A model generated the notes under the pieces. It was not told the DNA's origin and did no database searches. It was given only the letters and a program-made list of their open reading frames with translations. Made by a program: the position numbers and the translations under genes. This document shows positions 37,158 to 50,240 of a stretch of DNA of 64,000 nt, piece by piece. The stretch's first letter is position 1, and every line of letters starts with the position of its first letter. Source of the DNA: Octopus sinensis (lineage: Eukaryota); contig NC_042999.1 in NCBI RefSeq assembly GCF_006345805.1, positions 73,966,001 to 74,030,000 of the forward strand, in the 5' to 3' direction.

Positions 37158-37500
37158 TCACTCTATAAGTGTGTTAACAAGGTGATTCTTAGAGAGGAGT
37201 ATATGGAAGCGTTCAGAGTTGCAAATGATACAAAATCCTTTGACCTTGTCATAAGGGAAAGAGATGGACAAGAATAACCAATCTAACTTAAAATCCTTAT
37301 TGTTGTCTTTAAGATACCAAACCAATTTACTTATCCCTGTACTTTTACGTTTACTGCTCTCCCTAAATGAAGAATTATGATTGGAAATTCTCTGAGATAA
37401 CTGGGAAGAGGAAACGCCAATATAGAAATAGTCATCAGTACTGGAAGTAACCTTACATTGGTATATAGATTTCTTAATCTTAGAATTATTAGACATAAAT
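37158..37500 (-). mobile_element. Penelope-like GIY-YIG endonuclease fragment
   Basis: 'SIYQCKV..DDYFYIGVS..LSQRISNHNSSFR...LSKLVW-like..CIICNSERFHIL..LVN'. Confidence 0.8.
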
Positions 37501-39289
37501 TTAATTCTGTTGGGGTTGTCCTCAGAGACCAAAACTATGTTGTTATTACTATTACTATTACTAGATGTCACTAAATTTATTTCTGTACCAGATATCACCA
37601 AACAGCATGTATATCTATAAGATGTCAACAACTCTGATAATAACAGCAGTAATACTCTGTGGCTACTACAGTTGATACTAAGAGTTTTCTCACAATAATT
37701 GGCTTCATATCGAGTAGAGAGAAATCAATATTTTCCCAGCAATTATTTTATCAAGACAAACTAAAGCTACAATATTATTGATTTATTTCCAAACCTCTGC
37801 CTATCTATCTGTCTGTATGTTTGTCTCTATCTCTCTCTTTCTCACTCTCTTTCTCATTATTTCTCACACGTCTCTCTCTCTCTCCATCTCTCACACTGTC
37901 TCTCCCTCCCCTTCCTCGCTCTCTCTCTCCCTCTCAACCTATCTTCATTTATTTGCCTGCCTGCCTGCCTCTCTCTTTCTTTATAATCAGTGGCTAATAT
38001 ACAGTTTCAGCTCCTACATGAATACTGAAACATCAAAAATTCCACATTAGTTATGTAAAGAAAATGGCATTTCATTATTCTTGTTGTTGAGCAACCCTGG
38101 CCTGTTGCAGAGGTAGTCTACACACATCTTCTGCCTCAGGATATTTTCATCTTCAGTCAGTTTAAGGATTATGTTTAATAGCACTGGCTCTGAACTTGGG
38201 GAATTGGGACTACAAGTTAACAACCTGTAATATCTTTGAACAATGCAGTTCAAAGTAGCTAATGTACAGACGAGATTGCAATATCATGTTTCATGTAATG
38301 TTATTTAATTCTAGAATGACCAAACATTACATATATGTACCATATGCTGTTTGTTTTAATAAGAATCCACTCTACAGTATGTACAAGGCCTGAAATTTTT
38401 TGGTGGGTGGGGTCCGGTTAATTACATCAACTCCTGGTGCTTAAATAATACTTATTCTATTGACTCTGAAAGGATGAAGAGTGAAGCTAACCTCAGCAGT
38501 ATTTGAACTCAGAATGTGATGACAGATGAAATACTGCTAAACACTTTGTCCAACATGCTAACAATTCTGCCAGCTTGCTGCCTATCAGGCTGTAAATAAC
38601 ACATTTAGTTTTTGTTGTTGATAAAGCAAAGGCAGAGATGCATGCAATCTTTGATCCAATGATGTCATTCACCGCTTGAAGTGTGCTTGCATAAATTTGA
38701 AGTGGGAGAATTTTCCCCTGGGACTATCTTTGCAGTGGAAGGTTTTCTCACATCCAAATGCATTTGAACATGTTAAATACAACTTTACATGAATATATTT
38801 TATTTAATGCTGCTTCATGCAACATTATCTATCTAATTCTAGCTTGCTCAAACTTCACAGATATGAGCAGATGTACTGCATGCTATTTTGATATATATAA
38901 TTTCATTCTTATCCAGCTGTGAATTTAGTGTTCATTGCTGATGAAGCAATGGCACAGAATATGTCTCCACACATTTGGAGGAGACATTTCTCTTGGGATT
39001 ATATCTACAGTGGAAGGTCATTTCATGTCTGAATGCCCTCAAATGTTTTAAGGCTTTACACAAATGAATAAATATATAGATAAGTGTACACAGGGTAAAG
39101 GAAGTCAAATTCCCTAGGGTCATACTGAAACAAGAACAACAGTGACAACAACAATAGCTACTATAACCAGAAACTATTGAAAAACTACGGCAAATAAATA
39201 TGTTAATATATCTATCTGTCTGTCTATCTCTCACTGTCTGTCTCTATTAATATAAGTGTGTGTGTGTGTGTGTGTAATGTTATTAGTGT

Positions 39290-39474
39290 TATGTGCTAGA
39301 TAAAATGCTTAGTGGCATTGTTTTTGTTTTCTGAGCTCAAATTCCCCTGAGGTTGACTTTGCCTTTTATCCTTTTCAGAAAAATCAAATAAGTACCAGTT
39401 GAGTATTGGAATCAATGCAATTGACTAGAATCCCTCATCTCAGAATTTCAGGCTTTGTGCCTATAGTAGAAAGG

Positions 39475-39509
<35 letters not shown>

Positions 39510-39723
39510 GATAGTGAGTTGGCAAAATTGTTAGTACATTGGACAAAATGCTTAGAGGCATTTCTTTCAGTTTATTACATTCTGAGCACAAATTCTGCCA
39601 AGGTTTATTTTGCCTTTCATTCTTTTGAAGTTGAATAAATAAGTACCTGCAAAACACCGGGGATCAATGTAATTGACTTAACCCCTCCCCCAAAATGGCT
39701 GCCATTGTGGAAAAGTTTGAAAC

Positions 39724-39757
<34 letters not shown>
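39290..39757 (+). mobile_element. Two tandem family-A SINEs, each ending in (ATT)n
   Basis: GAGCTCAAATTCC and GAGCACAAATTCT B-box-like heads; tails at 39476-39507 and 39725-39757. Confidence 0.75.
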
Positions 39758-39758
<1 letters not shown>

Positions 39759-42082
39759 TATGTTTGACTTTTGCTTTATGTCTGTAAAAAGTTGGCTCCA
39801 AGTCTCACCCAGAGACCTCAAGAGACAACAGGTTGGAAGTTCACGTTGCTGTTATGCCTAGTGTGCCATATTTGTTTTTTTGGTGTTGTACTAGTGAATG
39901 TCTAATACATAAATTTAAAAAAAAAAAAAGTTTGTTTTAAACCTTGGGATTACATAGAGAGTATTTTGCGTAGGATATGAGCAGTTCCCATGAGCACTAT
40001 CTTTTGAATTTCTGCCATTTTGGGGTTTCCTGGTATCTGAGTTAGGTAGCAATCAGCCCCTTTCGCTATCATTCCCAGGGCACCTATGACAACAGGTATT
40101 GTTTTAGTCTTCAGGTTCCACATTTTGCTGATTTCTGTTTCAAGATCTTTATATTTGCTCAGTTTTTGGTAGGTCTTGACAGATACGTTTATATCGATTG
40201 GGACAGTCATATCAATGAGGAGGCATGTTCTTTGTCTGAAGTCTTTCAATATGATGTCTGGCCTATTTGCCTCTAACTTTCTGTCAGTTTGAATGGTGAA
40301 GTTCCAGAGGAGTGAGATATGGTCATTTTCAAGCACTGGAGGTGGATTGTGTTCCCACCAGTTTTTCTCATGGGGCAAATCCAGGTTTTTGCAAATTACC
40401 CAGTGAATATATTGTGCAGCTCTATCATGCCTGTTGAGGTACTCTGTAGGCGCTAGAAGACTGCATTTGGAGACAACATGATCAATGGTTTCATTTTGTT
40501 GTCGGCATACATGACATGTTGGGCTACTGCCGTTCTTTAATATGTTGGCCTGGTAGTTTCTTGTTGGTAGGCATTGATCTTGAGCTGCTATGATAAACCC
40601 TTCTGTTTCAGATTTTAAGCCAGAGGCCATTAGCCATTGATGGGTCAGGGCTTTGTCAATATCTGCATTATTCGCTCTCTTTGGGTATTTGCCATAGAGA
40701 GGTTTTTCTTGCCATTTATTATTCAGAATATCTAAGGCCACAGTTTTGGCACGGGTTTTCATGCGCCTAGCTTTTTCTGTGCTTGTTTCTTGTATGTCTA
40801 TCTCTAATTCTGAAATTTGTTGTATTCGGAATTCACTTAGATATTCCTTTGCCTGTTTTGTTACTGAGTATGATGCTTTCTTGTTTTCATGTTTTGAGAC
40901 AAGTTTTAACATCCAGTCCTCAGACTTTTTCAGGTAGGTGTCTAGGCCAATTGTAGCAATCTTCATTGTTATTGCCAGTTGCAAAAGACCACGGCCTCCC
41001 TCTTTTCTTGGCAGATAAAGTCGTTCTGTATCTGCCTTAGGGTGGTGCATTCTATGCATTGTCAACAATTTTCTTACTTTTCTGTCGAGCTGACATATTT
41101 CAGTAATTGACCAGTTAACGATATTGAAACTGTAAGTCACGACTGGTATGGCTAATGCATTGATCGCTTCGATCCTGTTTCTTGCATTCAGCTCTGTCTT
41201 GAGTATTGCTCTCACTCTTCGATAACATTCTCTCCTGATCCTTTCCTTCATCTCTGAATGCCTTATTCTGTTCCCTTCAATTACCCCTAGGTACTTGTAG
41301 CTCTCCGCTGGGTCTAGTTCTTTTATGACATTCTGCTGGTCAAGGTTAACGTTAGATGTTTCTGTCATTTTTCCTTTGATAAAGGTAGCTTTTGCACATT
41401 TATCGAGGCCGAATTGCATTCTGATGTCGTCACTGAATTGTTTGACTATCGCTAGTAAGCCCTTGAGTTGTTGGTCATTTTTTGCAAAAAGCTTTAAATC
41501 ATCCATGTAAATGAGATGATTTATATTTTTATCAAACATTTTTATACCCGTACTGCACATCATTGAGCAGTTTTGAGAGAGGTATTAAGGCTAAACAAAA
41601 GAGGAGTGGTGACAGTGAGTCACCCTGGAAAATATCACACAAAATTTTTACATCACCAGCATTTAGGGATTCATTGTCACTGTTTAGAGTTAGTGTGGTT
41701 CTCCATGATCTCATACTTACAGTCAAAAAGTTTCGCAGAGTAGGTGCTATCTTATACATTTCCAGGCATTTCCTAATCCAGCTATGTGGTAGGCTATCAA
41801 AAGCCTTTTTATAGTCTATCCAGTCTATTGATAAGTTTTTGTGTCGTTTGTGACAATCTTCTAAGATCATCTTATTGATGAGTAGTTGATCTTTACAGCC
41901 GTAGGATCCACGTTTACATCCTTTCTGTTCATTAGGGAATATGCTGCTGTCTGTTAAAAAACTATAAGTGTATTCCGTCAGGACAGATGTTAGCATTTTG
42001 TACATAGTTGTTAAACAGGTTATGGGTCTATAGTTTTTTGGTTCATTTGTTTCTTCACTTTTTGGAAGCAGGAATGTTAACC

Positions 42083-42085
<3 letters not shown>
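39758..42085 (-). mobile_element. R4/Dong-type LINE (RT plus restriction-like endonuclease), 5'-truncated, one frameshift
   Basis: 'KNYRPITCL', 'IDYKKAFDS', 'QGDSLSP', 'YMDD', 'CHVCRQQNETIDHVVSKC', 'RHD', 'RPDII', 'IDMTVP', 'KYKDL'. (TAA)n abuts both ends. Confidence 0.93.
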
Positions 42086-42118
<33 letters not shown>

Positions 42119-42130
42119 CATCATTATTAT

Positions 42131-43670
42131 AGACGTTACACAGTATACAATATCGTGAGGTTGTTGATTGAAGATATTGTGTCTACTGGGGTTTCGTACT
42201 GTTTGTCAAGTCACAACAAGGACCTCAAACAGACAGTGCTTTACATAATATGTATCCAGTTCCAAGTAATGCTGGCTTTTGCAATACATCTAGATTGTAG
42301 GGTACTTCTAAAGTCTTCAGATGTTTTTTTCAGATTGGGTGGTATTGAATCCAATGCTCTGATGACAATAAGGATAACCTTTATGTTTGACTCTCAGCTG
42401 CCACATCTTAGCAAATCTCAATTCTCAGGTCTCTGTATTTATCAACCTTTTCTCTTTCTTTCATGATAATATGTTGATCTCCTGGCACTGACACGACAAT
42501 TATCAGGCACTCTTGTTTATCCCTCCAAAAGTTTACTTCAGTGCTCCAACATCCTGTCTGTCTGGAAATCAAAGTTCCAGAGGATTTTTGCCTTCCCTTT
42601 TTTGTCCATTAACTTTTCCAGTGTATGTTGGTATCAAGCAACCATAACCTCATAGCCATACTTACGGCATAGTAGTCAGTGGAAGTTTTGGGCTACCTTG
42701 TCGAGTCTATGTTTGTATTCTTTCTGTGCAAGACTTTCACAAGCACTAACAATGTGAGTCACTCTTTCAACCCTCTTCCCAAACATTCTGCAGAGGTCTG
42801 TTGCATTTGTGCAGTATGTATTCTTTTTCACTGAGTTGGTATTTAATACCTGGTCCTGGGCAGTGATAAGTAGGCTTTCAGTATTTTTTTTTAGGTCACC
42901 TTTGTTGAGCCACCTCTGTGATGCTTCCTGGTCTTTTAATTTGTTGGTTTCACAATGGAACTGACCATGTAACTCCATCTAGAGTAGGGTTTCTTCTCTC
43001 TTGCTGGTTGTTCTTGATCGAAATTCATGAGCACTCCCAAGTCCATTTTTGTTAACTCCTTCTGCACTAGCAGCATACTGTAGCAGTTCTTGTTTGCTGT
43101 TCTCCAAATATTCTGCCATGTTTCTTCTTTCAATGTTGATGCACTCCTGTATGCTAATCAGCTCAAGTCCACCTTTACCTGTCTTTATGTGGAGTCTGTG
43201 TACATTTGCCTTAGGGTGGAGGGCACCATGCATTGTCATTGTCTTTCAGGTAGTGTGATCAAGTTGGTCAGTCTCTGCATTTCAGGATAGGTGTACTATC
43301 ATGAACTACAGCAACAGTCCATATGATGATGGCAGTCACAAAGTTCCTTGAGTTGAGCTTTTATTTTAAGAGAAGTTTGAGGCACTTGAAATATGCAGTG
43401 ATGGCATTGTCTTTCGTTTTTTTGCGCAAGATATTGTCCAACTCCAGGATGCCAAGGTACTTGTACTCATTATCATCCAGGTCTTCCATTCTCACTCTGT
43501 TCGGCAATTTTGTGCCCCTAAAATTTACTCTTTTCCCCCGCTTCAAAGTAAGCACTGCACACTTTGAGATACTGAATTTTATCCCTATATCCTTGCTGCA
43601 CATTTGCACACTCTCAACCAGCCTCTCCATTTCAGGCTCTGTTTTTGTGAACAGTTTAAATCATCTATGA
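42131..43670 (-). mobile_element. R4/Dong-type LINE, degraded copy 2
   Basis: 'IGIKFSISKCA', 'YKYLGILE', 'LHGQFH', 'ITAQDQVLNT', 'THIVSACESLAQKEYKHR'. Confidence 0.85.
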
Positions 43671-43751
43671 AGAGGTGGTTGAGATGAGGTCCATTCTTTC
43701 TCAGCTCATAGTACATGCTGATTTTACATGGACTTATTATTATTATTGTTA

Positions 43752-44347
43752 TTGCCTTTGCACAGTTTCTAATGCTGGAGATGTACTACAGTGTCAGCTG
43801 CTCACTATCAGTGAACTTAGGTAACACCTCTTATTTTTCGAGCGCTTTCCTGAGTATTCAAGCGGTTCCAAGCAGTGCTGTTTCTGCAAGTGCTCCACCC
43901 TTATTGCAGCCCCTATTTGTTCCATGTACTTCTTGAGATTTTTGCTCACTGTTCCAAGGGCTCCGACAATTATTGGTACTACTGCTACCTTTTTCATCAA
44001 CCACAACTGCTTAACTTCTCAAGCTAACCTGCCATATCTCTCAACTTTTCTTTCTTCCTTATCGCATACCTTGTTGTCCGCTGGTCATACTATGTCTACG
44101 ATCCAGCATAGTTTGTTTGCTTTCTCAATTAAGACTATGTCCGGCTTCCGATTCTCAATCTCATGGTCGCACTGAATCATAAAATCCCATAGGATCTTTG
44201 CATTTCTATTTTCAACAATGCCTTCAGGTTTGTGGTTGTACCAAGTTTTTGCTCTGTCAGTTCCATACTTGTTGCAAAGTGTCCAATGGACAAGCTTGGC
44301 TATATTGTCATGGCGTCTCTAATATTCTTTCTGGGCTAGTTGCATAC
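43752..44347 (-). mobile_element. R4/Dong-type LINE 3' fragment, copy 3
   Basis: 'VVPIIVGALGTVSKNL..HLQK'. (TAA)n-like tracts on both sides. Confidence 0.82.
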
Positions 44348-44372
44348 ATTATTATTATTATTATTATTATTA

Positions 44373-44407
<35 letters not shown>

Positions 44408-44540
44408 ATCATCATCATTGTTTAACGTTTGCTTTCCATGCTAGCATGGTTTCACAAGTGCAGGCTATCATGGAAAGTGGACATTAAACGATTCTAGTAT
44501 GGAAAGTGGACATTAAACGATTATTATTATTACTATTATT

Positions 44541-44587
<47 letters not shown>

Positions 44588-44601
44588 TATTATTATTATT
44601 T

Positions 44602-45180
44602 TGGTTTGACTCAGGTTTGGGCTTATTCCAGGTTGGGATTCTGTGGATAGTGGGTTACTACCTGTGACCTTAGGTATCCACAAATTTTCAGCTTGATAAT
44701 CCTTACTGTCTCAGTACACCAATTATTATAGGAATGACCTTTACTGTTGCATGCTCCAAATTCTTCCTATTTTGAATTTTAGGAGGTTGTATTTTCTTTG
44801 TTTTCTTCCCTTTTCTTTACAATCCTGGAATCAAATGGGCATGATGGGCCAATAAGTAAGCAACTTTGCTTTTCTTTATCTATAATTGTAATATCTAGTC
44901 TATTGTTTTCTAATTTCTTGTCTGTTTGAATTAGAAAGTCCCACAAAATCTTACATTTCTCTGACTCTAGTACTCTTTCGACTCGATGATTGCACCATGT
45001 ATTTCCAGCTTCAAGTTCCCATTTCTGGCACACCTTTCAGTGTAAAACTTTTATAACCTGGTTCTGCCTCCATTTTTTATATTCTTCCTATGCCAACTCG
45101 GGTATTCTACCACAGTGTGTGTCACTGTCTCATTCCAAGTTTCACAGGACCTATGTTTTTCTGACACATTCTCTCCATAT
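44602..45180 (-). mobile_element. R4/Dong-type LINE 3' fragment, copy 4
   Basis: 'KCKILWDFLIQTDKKLENNRLDITII'. Abuts (ATT)n at 44520-44600. Confidence 0.8.
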
Positions 45181-45239
45181 ATATTTCTTCTTAAGTTGTT
45201 GGTTTCTTCACTTGATCTTGGGGTGCTACAGTTAGGCTC

Positions 45240-45660
45240 TCTTTACTCTTACCCTTTCACTTGTTTCAGTCATTTGACTGCGGTCATGCTGGAGCACCGC
45301 CTTTAATCGAGCAACTCGACCCTGGGACTTATTCTTTGTAAGCCCAGTACTTATTCTATTGGTCTCTTTTGCCGAACCGCTAAGTGACGGGGACATAAAC
45401 ACACCAGCATCGGTTGTCAAGCAATGCTAGGGGGATAAACACAGACACACAAACATACATGCACATATATATATATATATATATATACATATATACGACG
45501 GGCTTCTTTCAGTTTCTGTCTACCAAATCCACTCACAAGGCTTTGGTCGGCCCGAGGCTATAGTAGAAGACACCTGACCAAGGTGTCACGCAGTGGGACT
45601 GAACCCGGAACCATGTGGCTGGTAAGCAAGCTACTTACCACACAGCCACTCCTGCCCCTC
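45240..45660 (-). mobile_element. tRNA-derived SINE (family B), near full length with internal microsatellite
   Basis: A-box TGGCTGTGTGG, B-box GGTTCAGTCCC, internal (TA)/(CA), tail AGGCGGTGCTCCAGCATG.CCGCAGTCAAATGACTGAAACAAGT. Confidence 0.85.
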
Positions 45661-45679
45661 TCTGTTTCTTTTTTATAAT

Positions 45680-47240
45680 TTTTAACCAGGCCCAGGATTT
45701 TGTTCCACATACATCTTCAGTGCTGTCTGATGTGCTCTCTTTGTATTTATTGAGGATTATGCTTTTTATCACAGGTTTTGTTGGAGCTCCTGGAGTCTTA
45801 CATGCATAGTGGGCCTGGAACCTGCAGCCTACTGTACTATGCTACCCATTCTTTTCAGCTAATACTTTCCTGATCATTCTGGCTGTGCCAAGAAGGCAGA
45901 TCTTTTGTAACAGTTCTACTGGGCACCCTGTTCCAATTTCCTTTATAATCTTGATGCCTGTTGATAATGTTCCCAAGGACCCAACAATAATTGGCACTAT
46001 CTTCACCTTCTTCATTTTCCATAGCCAGGCTGTTTTGTACATAAGAGGGTTGTATTTATCTATCTTTAAGCCTTTCTTCTTGACTATTCATGGGTCAAAG
46101 TGGTATGCAACATCAACTATATAGCATATGTGGTGCATCTTGTCCACCACCACTAGGTCTGATCAGTTATGCTCTAGCATCTGATCTGTTTGGATTGGAA
46201 AATCCCAGGGGATTTTGCTAGTATCCAACTCCACCACTCTGCAGTTTGTGCTTATACCACATCTTGCCTCTCTCTAGCCCCCACTTTTTGCACAGTTTCC
46301 AATGTAGCACTTTCACTACCTGATTGTGTCGCCACAACTTGTAGTGGTTTTGGGCAAGTCTAGGACATTCGTTTGTAATATGGGCAATGGTTTCATCCAC
46401 TCTATTGCAGATGCGGCACTGCAAAGACACTCACTCATTCCTAAGGTTGACTCTCCAGTTCATGGCCAAAGCTTGGTCTTACTCTACCAGTATAGTGCTC
46501 TCGGTCTCTTTTTTTAGTGTTCATTTCATCAGCTAATCCCACCTACTTTTTCCAGCAACTTCTGTTGTGATTGCACAGAATTGATTGTGTAGTCTCTTCT
46601 TGTGTAATTCTTCTTCATGTCCATTTTGCATTTCTTCCTTTGTTTTCCCTTTTTTCTCTGCTGTCAATACTCCCTCATTCCTAACTGTCACTAGCAAGGT
46701 TTCCTTACTCTGGGCTAGGTATATCATTAAGCTCTCAAATTCAATATATACACAGTCTTATCAGTTCTCTTCCTCCATTTGCTCTCTTCATGTATAGGCA
46801 ATCATTGTCCGCATGTGAATGATGGGCTCCATGCATCATTAGAAGCTTTCTTGACTTCCTGTCCATCTCCTTTAGTTCTGCCTCTGTCCACTTCAGGATT
46901 CCTGTGTCATACCGAACTACTGCAACTGCATGTGAGTTTATTGCTGAAATTATGTTTCTAGCATTCATCTTTGAAGCCAGTATTTTTCTTACTCACTGCA
47001 GATACTCTCTTTTTGTCTTTTTCTTCATGTCACTATGTTTGATTCCATCAGCTTCAAGTATTCCCAGGTATTTATAGCTGGATTGAGGTTGAATTGCCTT
47101 CATCATTTCACCACTTGGCAACCATATGCTTTCTGTTCTGAAAAGCTTTCTCATCTCATCATAATCATAGCACATTTTGAGAGTCCAAACTCCATCTTAA
47201 TATCATCAGAGAAAATCCGCACAGATTATGGATCAAACAA
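45680..47240 (-). mobile_element. R4/Dong-type LINE, degraded copy 5
   Basis: 'YKYLGILEADGIKH', 'AINSHAVAVVRY', 'CRICNRVDETIAHITNECPRLAQNHYKLWRHNQV', 'VPIIVGSLGT..LLQKICLLGTARMIRKVL'. Confidence 0.87.
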
Positions 47241-47289
47241 CTGAAATTGTTATTGCTCTCGGCTCCAGCTTTTCAAGTAATTTATTAAC

Positions 47290-47585
47290 ATGGATGTGAA
47301 TCATCGACCTCTTCCTTTTCATACAAATATTTGATCACTTTGTAACTGAGTGAGCATTTGAAGTCAGAGGAAAGCTCAAATTATTTTTTGAAGTTCAGTG
47401 AAACCTGGAATTTTTTGCCAGGTTGGATGATGAAGAATGGATCATGCACCTTTCCTGTTTGATATTTTCGAGCAGTAGTATAAACTGGATCTTCAATTGC
47501 AAGGAAGAATACAAACATAAAATTCATGGATTCTTTGAAAATCTTCATATGGAAATTGGAAAATAGGAAGAGAAAGAATAGTTTT
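47290..47585 (+). mobile_element. hAT (Charlie-like) transposase remnant
   Basis: Frameshifted 'DEEWIMHL..FDIFEQ.YKLDLQLQG..IKFMDSLKIFIWKLENRKRK'. Confidence 0.6.
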
Positions 47586-48125
47586 AAAATATTGTAAAGT
47601 GATTAGGTGGCTGAATTGTTAGCACACCGGGCAAAATGCTTAGCAGCATTTTGTCCATCTTTATGTTCTGAGTTCAAATTCTGCCAAAGTTGCCTTTGCC
47701 TTTCATTATTTTGGGGTTGATAAAATAAGCACCAGTGGAACATGGGTTGATGTAATTAACCTACTCCATCCCTTGAAATTACTGGCCTTTTGCCAAAATT
47801 CAAATCTATCAACATTTTCTATGGCTATTAAATGAAATAATCCAATATGTATATGGTATATGTACTAAAACTGAAAAATAAAAGATTTTCAATTTTAAAA
47901 TGCATAGTATATGAAAGCATCTTTTGAGTCAGACAGTTTTAGAAAGGGGAATATGATTTGAGAGATTTGGTTAGATTTTCACACAGGTCAGCACAACTTC
48001 ATAGAAACACCATCTTTGGCTTGTATGGGAAAGTTTGTTGTTATTTAGCTCTTTGTCAGCTTTAACTGAACAGATCTATATAAGTGCTAAACATATCAGA
48101 AGTGATCATCTGTTATTTTTTTTAA

Positions 48126-48339
48126 CCCTTTAGCATTAAAACTGGTTATATCTGGCTCAAATATTGTAACTATTTTATGTTAAACCTGGCTGGATTTACT
48201 CCTACCTTACAATGTCATTCTAAAATTAAGCAAACATGTCATTGAAATCTTGAAGTTACAAAATAATGCATGATTAATTTAAAACAATGTGAATAAATTA
48301 GCCTTACACATTTGAGAGAGCAATCTGAATGCTAAAGGG
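48126..48339. mobile_element. piggyBac-like MITE with TTAA TSDs
   Basis: TTAA|CCCTTTAGCATT...AATGCTAAAGGG|TTAA. Confidence 0.88.
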
Positions 48340-50240
48340 TTAAGGCAGTAAGGTGTCACTTGAAAGGCTTCTATTTCTAGCAGGTTGGCATGACAGCATA
48401 CAGGTAACCTCGTAGGTTCAGATGGGGAAGATGCACTTTGTTAGTGTATGATAAAGTAGTATATCTTCTTTCAACTTAGTTTAGTAATAAATACTTTATT
48501 TGATTGTAAGATATAGCACAAATATAATTGTCAGATTATATATACTTGTCTAATATACTAAATATGATTGTCAGATTATATAAAACTGCACGAAAATTAG
48601 ACAATAAAAACCAGAAATGTTCTGAATCTAAGTAGTTTATAAAACAGTCAGTCATGAAAAGGAAATCATACAGGATGTAAATACAGGAAGGAAATATAAA
48701 AGAACAGAATAAATTAGATTTAACTTTCAAGATTGAGCTGACAGAGAGGCCTGCCATTTTTGTGTCAGAGAGAAGGAAGGATCAGTCTCTCTTCAAAAAT
48801 ATATATATCCTTGTCTATTGGCATTCAGATATTTTCTAAAAAGAGAATTTTAGATAATAACATCAACAGTTTTTATGTAGTGAAGAAGCATTAGTTATCT
48901 TTGTCTTCAGAGGATTAAGAATAAAGCTGTTTAAAAAAATTTGAAATCAAGGTAAAAACTGAGAAAATTAAAAAGAACACACACACACACACAAATATAA
49001 ATATACGATGGGCTTCTTTCAGTTTCTGTCTACAAAAACCACTCACAAGGCTTTGGTTGGCCTGAGGCTATAGTAGAAGACACTTGCCCAAGGTGCCACA
49101 CAGTGAGACTGAACCCAGAATATGGTTGGGAAGTAAGCTTCTTACCACACAACCACACCTATGCCTATATATATAAAATATCATTTTGATTAGACTTTTT
49201 TTGGCTTGGCAGCTTCCAGACAAAACTTAATGCACCATTCAAAATACATTTAAAATTAAATTGGACTGCTTTTAACATTGAGTCCCTTCATATATCATCA
49301 TCATCATCATCATCATCAGTAGCAGCAGCAGCATTTTCCATCCACTTTTCATGCTGGCAGGGGTGAAGCAAGATCCAACAGGTTGGAAGACCATATCTTG
49401 TTCCAGTGTTGCACTTTGTGTATAGTTTCTAAGGTTGGATATTTGTCCTGATGCCAAACACTTGGCAGAGTATACTGGATGTTTATTTTTGTGGTACAAG
49501 TGCTAGCAAGATTGCCTTGTAATTCACAAGGATAAAGTTCCCTCTTAACTGAGTAGGAATATAGTAGAGAGGGAGAAGGCTTGATGTTAGGTGTTGAGAG
49601 TGGAAAAAAGAGAGTGTACAAACAGAAGATAAAAAAAGATGAATGGATACAGGTTGCAACAGAGAGTGTGAAATGGTTTGAGATAGGGTCGGGGTGAATG
49701 TAAACAATGGTGGAGAGCAGATGTTAAGTAAAAATGAGTTGAGTGGATGGTAATAAGCATGAAGAATGGATAGATGGCAATAGAAGTGGTCCAGGAGAGA
49801 GGAAGTCATGACTGGCAGTACAGAAAGGGGGAAGAGTAGTAGACTAATACAGTATATAAAAAAAGGATGAGAGGTATATTATAAAATTAGTTTTGATTTG
49901 AATTTCAAGTTTCACTGTCAATACTATTTATTTGAGTTCCTCCATCAGAAAATATTAAGCTAGCCAGTACTTAATCCACTTACGTGGATACACTAACAAA
50001 GATTTAGAGTGGTTTGTTTGTTCTTATTAGACACAAATCATAAAATTCTGCTAAAGTGCATCATTCCTAAGCGTAGCATGGAATATATGTGTGCGTGCAT
50101 GCACACGCGTGTGTGAGTGTTTGCTAGTGTGTGCATACATATGTATGTGCATATGGATGTATGTATATACATATATATATGTATGTATATATTTATATAT
50201 ACATATGTATGTATGTACAAATATGTACATATGTTTGTAT

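Noticed and set aside
38047-38224. Alternative terminal exon in USP intron
   Set aside because: Weak polypyrimidine tract, phase incompatible with the upstream USP exon, and no recognisable homology.
38930-38975. Hammerhead at CTGATGAAGC...GAATATGTC
   Set aside because: GAAA is not intact and there is no helix I pairing.
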